A DNA stretch of 64,000 nt from Bugula neritina (taxonomy: Eukaryota > Animalia > Bryozoa), in contig OZ037773.1 of assembly GCA_964035545.1 (NCBI GenBank), forward strand, positions 7,965,751-8,029,750, in the 5' to 3' direction. The translations under genes were made by a program, and so were the position numbers. Shown piece after piece: positions 26,201 to 37,500 of this stretch (the first letter of the stretch is position 1; every line of letters begins with the position of its first letter). The notes beneath the pieces are model-generated. The model ran no database searches. It saw only the letters and a program-made list of their open reading frames with translations, and was not told where the DNA came from.

Positions 26201-29200
26201 CATGGAAACAAGTAATTAGTGAAGATTAGCCTCAGAGTTAAAAAACCGACTATAAGAATAAAAAATTTGGGTAAAGTTTAGTCTAGTCTTAAATAAACAT
26301 CACTGCACCTCAAGCTATTGTTATGTGTTTATTCACTACAATTCATTTACCTGTGGGAAGTTAAAAACTTTTAAATAGTTGGTTGGGTCACGGCAAGAAG
26401 TCCTTCCAGTTGTAAACTCTACTGTCCTGGGACCGGGCCCACCTAAAAGGAATATACAAACATGTGTCTTGTCAAGAGCTGACAACTACAATCAACTTTG
26501 CTGATAAACTACCACATTTCTGGTCTAATAGAATCTTTCTAAACACACTGGGCTTATTATTTATAAGTTCAAATTATAAAAACTTATAAAATTTATTTAT
26601 ACTAAAATACTTTGTAAGATCGTACAAGCAGCAATGAAGACGGCTAAGAAGCTGACAAGAAAATTAGTCAGTTTAGACTTGCAAATGTTAAAGCATGATC
26701 TTACATGACATTTTAATTACTTTTAATGCATATTTTAAACTTTCTAATGATTTTTTAATAAACAGCTATGTTAGCTGTATAGGTTGATATTCAGAAATAA
26801 AAAGGTTTTCTTCAACATTCACATGATTACATATATTATATTATATAAAATGCTATTTCTTCCAAAAACTAGATTCCTATGCCTAAAGCAATTATAACTC
26901 AAAGTAATAGAAATTTTACAGAAACCCACATTATATAGAAACTAGGTTATGAGTAGACTTTTTGCTAATTTATTTAAAATGTAGTCTGGGATCTTACCAT
27001 TTCTTCTCATGCCATGCTCTACTGCTTTTGTCCCTAACAAAACTACAAAGTCTGCCAAAGAGATACCTTGTTTTGCCTGGTTCCTCCACAGAGCCTGTAC
27101 TTCCCTGTAGGAGCCTATCAATCCTGCAATAACATTATAAGTGGTAGTTGTTTTCTTTTTTTCTGTCATTACTCCGCTTTTGCTAGATTTTCTGCTATTG
27201 AGCCTAAATTAGATTTGTTTTACTTTTGCTAATAGATTACATCTACAAGGTTTATATATAGAAACATTTCTTCTACCAAATCTACTATTGAACATCTCTA
27301 TGCCGTTTCCAAAAGCAGTAGCCTATGTACTCGTATAATGAAGTTGTTTAACTATGGAATTTTTAGCTAAATATAGAATATTTCAACCTATTATAGAATA
27401 TTTATTTGTTTAGTATAAAGTTAATAATTTATGAGGAAATGAAATAATAATATAGAATTTTTTTTCAATGAGTGAATGAGTCACGGTTATAGAACTTCTT
27501 GTTGCTATGAGTTATTTAGTTATTATAAATTGATTAAAATGTTGCTTCAATACAAAATAAGTAGTTATAAATAACACTAATAACACTATAATATGTATTT
27601 TTACTAACATATAATGACAATAATATAATATAATAATAGTTATATAATGTCATATTTATTACATAATATTACACGATGTAGCATTACAATATATATATCT
27701 ATTTTGAAATTATAATAGCAATATAATTCAATGTTAGCCAATAAAACCTTGAATCTAATAAAATAAAAGTTGACAGCTTAATATTTGTCATCCCATTTAT
27801 ACATCTATACAACCATAAACCCACACAATTCTATAGTCATTGTAAATTGCACAGCATGGTTTATGTGATCAGAAAAGATCAGAAATAATGCAAAAATACT
27901 GTGAAATATTTTTTCTCCTTTATACAGCTTTCTTTAAAATCATTTTACTAAAAAAATATAAAAGTTAAAACCTACAATCAATAAATATAAAAGCTAAAAT
28001 CTAAGGAGTATTATTGCTATTATTAGGTTCTTTTCAGGTTTTATTAGGTTCTATTGCTATAGAAATTGAAATCTGCAGCTTTGGGAGATCTATAGAATAC
28101 GTTCAGAGTAAATCATATTTGCATTAGAAGACTCTACATGAAGACTGGCACAACCTAATCTGATTATACTGTGTCATAATTCAAGATTAAGTATAAATAT
28201 AGGCACCACATATCTACAGCACGAACTCAATGCCATTAGAGAGATTATTACATTGACATACTAGTCCTGCATATCTTAGAATTAAATGACGTCTAAATCA
28301 TTATTTACACCCAGGCTATTATAGAGCCACTCGTGGCATATTACCATAACATAGATAATACACTTATAACTCAAGTTATAAATTATCACTTTACAGAAAT
28401 TAGAACTAATATTAGATTTGAAATAAATCTACTCAACACCTTACAGTGTTTAAATGTCTTTCACTGAGTAGGAAATTAATTTATTTTATTTTAAAGTAGT
28501 AATTTATATCAAAGTGTTGGAAAAATGCCATTAAGGTTAATGAAATGAAAACTACTTTCAGGTTAATCTGCAAAAAAAATGCATTTTCATAAAAAAAGCC
28601 ATTTGATAAACGAAGATATACTTTTATGCTACCAATGTTTTCATTAAAATATTGATATATCATCATTTGGGTTTGCTTGAACCATTACAAGTGTATTGAA
28701 TGTATTATTCGTGAACTTGTACAAAATCAGCTAAGACTGGGTATGAAGTAGTCAGTTTTAGCAAACAAAGCATCTATCGTAGCTAAACTACCTCAAATAA
28801 AAAGAGTAAATAAACCATCTTGAAGGTTGCTTGGCTACCAATAAAGACATTTTACAAACATGCCATAAATCACGTAGAAAAAGGAACTTCGGAGAAAGAC
28901 TTAATCTAATCCGATGATATATTATTGAGTGGTAATAATCTTAAGTGAGTATAGTATAAAATAGGTAGCTAAGAGTGACAGGTGGAGATGATCTCTTAAA
29001 CCTAGCCACACATGCAGCTCTTGGGTGTACCCAATATAACTTGGCAATCTTAGATGGTGAAAATTCTAATTATAAAAAAATTCTCTATAAATCAACTTAA
29101 AAGACAGACGCTAATGTAAGTTCATACATAAAGTAGAGTGACAAGTTAATTATTATAATGGTTAATGTTTAAGATTTGAGACCAGCTTTAAATTCTAGAC

Positions 29201-32200
29201 CCAAGATTATCATCAAGAAAGAGTACATCAAGTTACCTCCAAGTACCAAAATGCTGCTATGAGAAAGTGTTATAGAAGTAGGAACTGCAAGCCGATGCTA
29301 CTTTGCTACGCGTGCCGAGTGGTTAACTGCTAAAATGTCAATTAGATGACTAATAAGCTGCTGGGATAAAAATTATATTTTATTTAAAAGTTGACAAATT
29401 TTAAAAATTTCAATTTCAACTCATAAACGTCCATAAGCTCTAGTAATAATTGTTAACCTTGCTGCAGAAAGCTACAAACTTTTTACTTCACTAAGTAGAC
29501 TAATAACCATTTGTTAAATTATTTATTATGTAATACTAAATTACTATTTTAATACAGGTGAGCTATGGTTGCCAAACTTGTGTCTTTTAAGACAGAAAGC
29601 AATACATCTAAGCTACTGTTTCACAGTGTATTCTGATCACCACAAGCAAGTGATCATGAACTAACATGGGTGCTCATGTCACCAACCTTCACACTACTTA
29701 TAGCTAAGATGTCTTTGTTGGTATTAATATGGCTGCATGCATGGTGCACACATGTTGCAGTTTGTTGACACATTATTATTAAACTGTGTAGCTTTGGCAG
29801 TTTGAACAAGTGCCCTATCCTGACACTTACTCACAGTTTCTGAAATTGGTATTGCCAGCTCATGATCCAAAATGCATTAATTTACTATAAAAATAATACA
29901 ACATTAAGCTATCAGAATTGTAATAGCATAAAACTTACCTTTGTTTGAGGGGGTGTTTGTATTGATACATCCATCACACCCTCCAACGCAACTGTGAAAC
30001 ACTAACTGGACCATGTTAGGAATTCTTTCAGCCTGGAAAAAACAGTTTTGGCTTACTTTCACAGCTACAACAAGTTTTTCAATCAGCAAGAAAGCATAAG
30101 TTTACAATTGATGAAGAGAAAGATGGAAAAGCTAAATGTAAATTCTAAGTCTTTCAACAGGAAAGTTAAAATAGTCTTTTAAAGTCCGGCAATATTTGAA
30201 CTGAAATTCACGCAAAAGCAGTTAAAAGTAATAAAAACAAAAGTTCCAGCATTATTTGAATACGAATAAACACAAATTATACTGACAAGGTTTTCTTCCT
30301 GTGTAGTCTGTACAACTCAAAATTAGTTACGTACATTAAAGTCTTTTAATCTGATTAAATTATATTATTGATTGACATATTATGTGAACAACACTATTTA
30401 AACCATCTCTACCAGTTCTTTAAACCTATTTAAATTATATATAATATATATTTAATGTACGGCACCATCTGTTGCCAATCCACAGGTAAAACGTATTTAA
30501 ATAACGAGTGTCATGGAGTAATTTAGCTTTATGGAAAATATAAAGTGACAGGCTGTAAATGTAATAACTCACAAAGCTATTACCCCACACTATAGGTCAA
30601 GTATATAACCATTGTTATCTAATGTTATGCAACATGACATGGAGTCTGCAATCTTGGTAAACTTGCAGAGTGAGTTGTGTACAAAGATGGAAGAAAGAGA
30701 ATTTGTCACGTTTAACCTGTAAGCTGAGGTCAACATTAATCAGCCTGCCTTCTTCCATACTGAGAGTTGCTAAAGAACTGCTAAAAAGGTGGTAATCTGT
30801 TTGCTGAGAGGCCTAGAGGACATTGCTACTAAATGGAATCTGCTCTGGGTGAAATACACTCATTTAGCAGCCAGTAACAAAATTGGTTGTATAAAATTAC
30901 AGGGCAGAATCTGCAGTAAAGAATATCCGAATTGATAGAAAACTTGGCAATAGACATGCAAGCTGAGACGTACATTTTCATCCAGCCATCTGGTCACTAT
31001 GCTGGTAATTTCATTCAGGTTGGGGGCTCCAGGTGGAGGCCCGCTTGATACTCTGTTAGCTGGGACTCCTTTAGGATCCTGGCTCTTTGGCACACATCTA
31101 CCTACACAAAGGGAACATTTCCTATGTACTTTCAAACTGACTTTGTCTGCTAAATTTGCTTTAAAGTCAAGTTCAATTTCTGAGTACTGATGTTTAGTTA
31201 TTTTCTCAATTAATGACTATAATCAGTAAGAATCATTTATAATAAACAGTATTGTCACAGTATTATCACAGCACTGTCACAGTGCATAGTCACAGTGTAT
31301 AGCCACAGCACTGTCACAGTGTATAGTCACAGTGTATAGTCACAGCACTGTCACAGTGTATAGTCACAGTGTATAGTCACAGCATATAGTCATAACATGG
31401 TAGAAAATTACAACATCTATAATAAAAACTATTAAGGATATTATACACTATACCTCCTCTTTTTCTTCGCTGATTTGCTCCACATGATGAACTACGGCCT
31501 CTACCCCCTCTGCCTCCACCAGACCTAAGTCTAGTCTGAGATCTTGATCTACCAGTTCTACCAAACCTATTTCTTCTCCTCACACCTCTGGTTGACTGGC
31601 CACTGTATTGTACGTAAAATTGCAGGACAAAAAGTTGCATAAAATACACAGCATTGGTTAGCATATAAAATATGCCAGTAATGTAAAAGGTATAACTTTT
31701 AGAACACAGTCTATGATGCAAAATCTGCTTTGACTGTATGAGTAGCCCAAGTGAAGAGTCAGGTTGCAATGATCATCAGAACAATCTGTATGAACACCAT
31801 GCAAAGTCACCCATTACTATACACACTTAATATTTGGATACTAAGGCTACTGTTTGCACTGCCCAGTGTAGAAGATGCAATCACAGGTTATAAAGCTTAT
31901 AAAAGTACTAACGGAGACAGTTTTCATTTTTTCCTGAAAAACCCCATGCAATGATGAAAACCACATAGCTCTAAACTGGTATTCAAGTGAGAAAATATGA
32001 AACTGTTAACAGGGAGCTGTTATGAAGAAGAAAATGATAAGTATTAAATAATTTTTATCTATTAAAGAAATATTTCCTTTTATTGCAACAGGATTTGCCA
32101 AATGATTTCCTAATCCTAACAGGTTAAAGATTAGAGTATGTTTGAAATATTGAACCCATGAGGTGTTAAATCAACCTAGAAACTGTATCACAGCTCACTA

Positions 32201-33332
32201 AATATTGACTGTAGCCTGGATATGCAAGCTTCATTAAACAAGGGCGGTACATTCGGAAACTTTTTGACAAAATGCATAAAACATTATTTCTAATTTATGA
32301 TGATTATATACCAATTATCTTTGGCTAACATATTTAACCTAGAAACCTAAAACTTGCTGAAATATTTTGACCATTTTTGAAGCTTTTTTATAACAGTTAG
32401 TTGCTTTGGTTGATGTTATACAAACTGATCACTTTTCAAAAGGGCAGTTGAAAAATAAATAAGATAATAATTAAACTCTGTATGCACCCAAAAGGTTCAA
32501 GTTCAGGGCTACAAGTTTTGCTGTTACAGCATGAATCACTAGGTGAAAAGACAGCCTGTTTTACTCAGTATAATTAAAATGTAACCACCCTCTGCCCAAA
32601 CAGGACAGAGAAGTGTTAAGTGAGAGAGGAGGAGATTAATTTAAATATAACAAAACTTACTCTACGTCAGTTGAAAGGCCTATGAGTATAACTGCAAGCA
32701 CAGAGGCGGCTATGACAACCTAAAAACACACAGTACTTTTAATAAAATGAAATCAATAGTAAAAGCAAAGCAAAACTAAAACGGCATTCAATATGTTTAC
32801 AGGACGTATTGGATTAATAACTTATAGAAGTTGAAATTAAAATAAATCTGTAAATATTTTTCTAAAAATTAAAACAAAACAAAACAATCAGCTTTAAGCA
32901 CTTCTATGTAAGGTATTCAAAATAGCTGATCTTTTTGCTTCAATGCATTTCATTTTGAATTCAAAAAATGAATTGTTTTCTATACTAAAAATACACAACA
33001 GAGTTAATATACTGTATCCAATATGTTCACACCTAGAGTTTATACCATAAACTGAAAAGCTTTGTTAGTTTATATAATGCAATTCTGAAAAAAATGTTAC
33101 ATCATACATATAAAACAAGTATATTATATTTTCAAATAAACTATTAGCGTAAAACATACTATTTAATTTTAAAAATATAAATTTCATTTCTAAAGAAGAC
33201 TTATAAAAGTTACTTATATTTGTTAGAGCACACACTGTCCAGATTATTAGCAGTAGCACCTCCCTACTCCTCAAATCTATAGATCTAAACAGCTCATCAG
33301 ATTATATCCACAAACCCTACCTGAAGTCTCAT
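23225..33332 (-). CDS. Secreted non-animal-type heme peroxidase (peroxidase-catalase superfamily, ascorbate-peroxidase-like), ~367 aa
   Basis: 11 exons: 33332-33321, 32719-32661, 31602-31454, 31101-30974, 30032-29939, 27123-26998, 26442-26351, 25706-25628, 24311-24170, 23832-23691, 23305-23225 (1104 nt, in frame). Signal peptide MRLQVVIAASVLAVILIGLSTD. Distal MVQLVFHSCVGGCDGCIN, ISLADFVVL, FTTGRTSC, proximal VALMGAHSLG, SGFEGRWDNTPHTLDNSYY, MMLNADL, VRQFANNQQDWAIQFIRAF. Confidence 0.9.
31250..31395. repeat. GTCACAGTGTATA/GTCACAGCACT minisatellite
   Basis: Directly visible tandem array in a peroxidase intron. Confidence 0.85.
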
Positions 33333-34439
33333 ATTCCTGTCACAGACACTTTCAAGACCAGCTTAGCCCAGTATTAAGAACCAAATGCTAAATTTAAAGA
33401 TATAGGCTGATGATCCCATTAAAGTGTGGCACATACCACAAGTAATCTAGATTTATAATTGTGTCTTGCCTATAAATCAATTGGATTAAGCAACATAACT
33501 CAATAGCGAGCAGATTGCAAAGATAGACGAGCAGCTAAACGCTGATCAAAGAAAGCATAATAACCATTTTATAAATAACTTGCGGAGCTTCAAAAAAAGG
33601 AAATCTTCTTTAGTATCCGTACAAGGGTGTGACAATATTTCCATTTGAAATAATTTGCTAAAGAAGGTCTGCTGTTTGCTTTTCAGCATATAATATAGAA
33701 AAGTAGAACTTAGTAAGATACAGCACCATAATGCATAACACCATGTGACTTAGTATAGTAAAATTTGGGATAGGGGTCAGAGTTTGGGGCTTGAGAAAAT
33801 TTAACATCAACGTGCCAGTTTTACCTACTTTTCCATTTGTGCCATTATTACCTGTGCCTTTTTACCTAATATCCTAAGCTTTATAGCAGGCAAATTTCAA
33901 CAGCAGTGTAGTATAGCATAAAATTACATAATTTTGCTTAACATAACATTGAGTATAGACTGGTGTAGTTTTGTACCAGTTCTATAGTTTGGCATATTTG
34001 CCTCATGCAGTATATATACTTAGATAAGCACAAGAAACAACAGAGTTTTTATAAAAGTAATGAAAGTATCCACACCATACTTCTAAGATGAAGTTTTTAG
34101 CTTCTTCTATTCACAGAGAGGTAATACGAAACTCATACCGTCAAATTCCTTTATTAAAGTTGTCTCCTCTTTCTTGTTAGAATTATTGATAAGCATAAAC
34201 AGCTTCAAACTTGTATGAATTTTTATACACCAGTTTATTACAAAATTCAGATACACAACCAAAATTGAATCGGAAAACCGCAACAATATATTTGAATATT
34301 GTATGAAAATGATGAATTATTTGAATGACTATATCCAACAACCTGAGTAATATAACTTAATCACAGGGGCACAGCAGCAGTTAGAAAAGTACAGTTTTGG
34401 GTGCTAGCAATAAAGAATACTGCATTCTGATTATAAACA

Positions 34440-34530
34440 TACATTGATATAAACCTACACTGATTACAAACATAGACTGATTACAAACATAGACTGATTA
34501 CAAACATAGACTGATACAAACATAGACTGA
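34440..34530. repeat. 17-bp minisatellite (GATTACAAACATAGACT) just downstream of the ABCG-A stop
   Basis: About 4-5 tandem units visible. Confidence 0.8.
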
Positions 34531-34588
34531 TATAAATGACTAAGCCATGACTGGAAATACAACTGCACAAATCGACTGATTGAAAATA

Positions 34589-37500
34589 TCACGAGAGATG
34601 AGGTTTCCTGACAAATCGCAAGAGCAGGTAAGTAATAGTTTTGAGTATAACAGCATAGCCAATCAGAACGAGGATATGATAATATATTGTCCAGCCTTCT
34701 GCAGCCAGAGTGTTGGTAGCAAGAAGCTCTTCTGTGGAGATGTACTTGATCACCTCTGATTGGTTGGTAAAGGAGAGAGCTGATTGGTTGACAGAGTTCA
34801 AAGCAAAAGAGGTTCCTTGACAAGAGGAATAAGCACTGCGTTCAGAGTTGCACCTGAAACAGCATCATAGTGAGCTATATGGTGACTTGAGTAAAGCTAC
34901 TTAAAACCGAGTAGCCAAAAGATAAATAATCGTTGCTGTTATTCATTAACCCACAATTAGTACATGACGCTGTCGGTCTATAAGCAGTCAACTCTAGAAT
35001 CAAGTTACTTTCCTATAAACCAGGTGACTACAGCCATATAGGAGGTCATGGCACAGTATTGTAACGCAAAGCTTTGTAAAATAACACCCAAAGTCTGTAC
35101 TAAAATCGGAACAAAATTGCCATCAAATCTTTAACAAATATGTGGGGTACATCACGCCACTTACAGCATTTATTGTAGTTCCACAAACCTGATTCTTGTG
35201 CCAGAGTATTGCACGTTGAGGTTAGCGTAGAAGCCGTGAGAGATGAAGGACACGTATTTCATCCATCTGATCCAAAATGGCATGTAAGTAGTGAAGAAAC
35301 CCCCGGCGGTCATGAACACCAAGATTGTTGTACTGGAGCTGGCTAGAGATGGACTCAGGTCTATGAAGGTAGTGAATGCTAATCCTCCGACACCCTGTGG
35401 TGATATAGTAATGATATATACAGTGTAACACAGTAATATATACAGTATAACACAGTGATATAGTAGTAATATATACGGTATAACGCAGTAATATAGTAGT
35501 AATATACGGTATAACGCAGTAATATACACAGTGTAACACAGTAATATATACAGTATAATACAGTACTATAGTAATGTATACTATATATATAGTATAACAC
35601 AGTACTATAGTAATGTATACAGTATAACGAATACAAGAAAAGCATATGGTTTGATAATAGACCATAAAGTTTATATGGAATACGACTTAAATGCTAGTTG
35701 ATACTAACGGAGAAGATAACTCCAAACAGAGTAGCTTGTAGTGTTATTTTTATAGTCATTGACGACACAAACAATGCAGCTATTTATACCTGCTTCCACA
35801 CAGAGATCTAGAAATTAATAGAGAAAAATATATCTATGAAGACTAGAGAAATGGAAACAGAAAATACGTACGTGCGTGACGATGGCGCTGAGCAGAAGTA
35901 GCCCCAACATCTGGAGGTAGTCTACGAAGTAGGGACTGAGGCCAGACAGCCAGAATATGATAGTGAAGAAGATGCTAGCCAGCCCAAACAAAAGGGGTAT
36001 TTCGCTAAGATTCTTTGCTAAGTAGTAAGCAGACAGTCTGTAGTATCCGGCTAGACGCTCCTTATTCACTACGACTCGGTCATTGAAAGCTGTAAAATAT
36101 CATACTGGATGATAAAATATAATTGTATGATATTTACTGAGTAGCATTACGGAACAATGTAACGTAATATGGTATGATATATGAGTCATATAACATAATA
36201 CAACACAACACGAAGAAAAAATAATATGATATAATATTATCAGATATAATATATTTCAAGATAATATAGTGTCATATAGTAATAACAATACAACAGCAAG
36301 ATAACTAAGAATATACAGTGTAATACTTGATGCATGATGTACATATCAAATATATGATGGCATGGGTGAACAATTTCAAACTTCAATAGATTTAATGACC
36401 AAATTACAATATTCTATACTTAGGTTCATAACACCCAAGTTTCTAGTGAAGCTGTATTTAATGTGTTTAATAAACCACAACGGAAAGTATAATATAAGTC
36501 ATGTTACCTGATAACACTGAATCCAGCATAAATTCAAATGAGGTGAAGACAAGAAAGAAAAACGCCTACAGAAGAAGTTAGCCGCCATTATCAACAGACA
36601 CAATAAAATCGTCACCGAAAAAAAAATGCAAAATATTTTTATTGCATGAAATGAAACAGAAGTTTGACTAGTCACCAACTGTACGTGACGAATTACAACT
36701 GTAATACGTGGTAGGTTACCACAATACTTTAGAATAGTTTCTGCTCTTATTTTCTATACAAGAAATAAAAGCATATCTTCTGTATAAAACAACACGGAAA
36801 CAATAATTACCAAATACAAATTTAAAGAAAAACAGAGATTTCAAACAGCTGACCCATCGCTTGAGGAAACCTAAAATAAATTCCTGTATTTGAAACTCAC
36901 AACTCCCTGACGGTTAGAGATTTGCCTCTCAGTGGGTTCAATCTGAAACCACATCATCCCTATGAAGACAGAGAGACTGATGAACTGCATGATGTGCCAC
37001 TTGGAGTATATCCTGAAGAAGGAGTACTTCACAGACCTGAAAGAGTCGACCAACACAAACATTAACGTCAGGTGGGAGTGAGTTACAGCTAGAAACATTC
37101 CACAGTGTAAGTACAAGCATGTGTAGGATAAGTAGTCCACTTCTAACACATTGTCAATCTCAAAGTGACTTAAAAGTCACAGGACACCTCGGATATTGAA
37201 GTCTATCTAATACAAAATTCTAATCACAATGATTAGTCCTTAAAACTAAACTAAATTCAGTTTGAGACTCAATTAATAAAGTAGCCTTTCTGTATCCTTT
37301 GTTCATAAATTTCCAAGTACTTTAGTCAGCATAGTATCAATCACATAATATTTCGTCAAACTTTTGAAATCAGAACGATATAATCATAATTGACCATGTC
37401 ATACAAGAATGACTCACCTCTGGAACAACACAGAGAACTGGAGGAAAAACCCTGTAGGCCATGGGGCCTCGTACTCCTCTCTATACTTCGTGTAATCATC

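Noticed and set aside
33815-33870. GTGCCNTTTTACC-like short repeats resembling 15771-15790
   Set aside because: Too short to define an element; probably a fragment of a dispersed repeat.
35222-35665. Tyr/Cys/Ile-rich ORFs here and at 8942-9160, 42904-43469, 48777-49199, 53696-54197 and 57251-57490
   Set aside because: Translations of satellites or low-complexity DNA in introns and intergenic regions.
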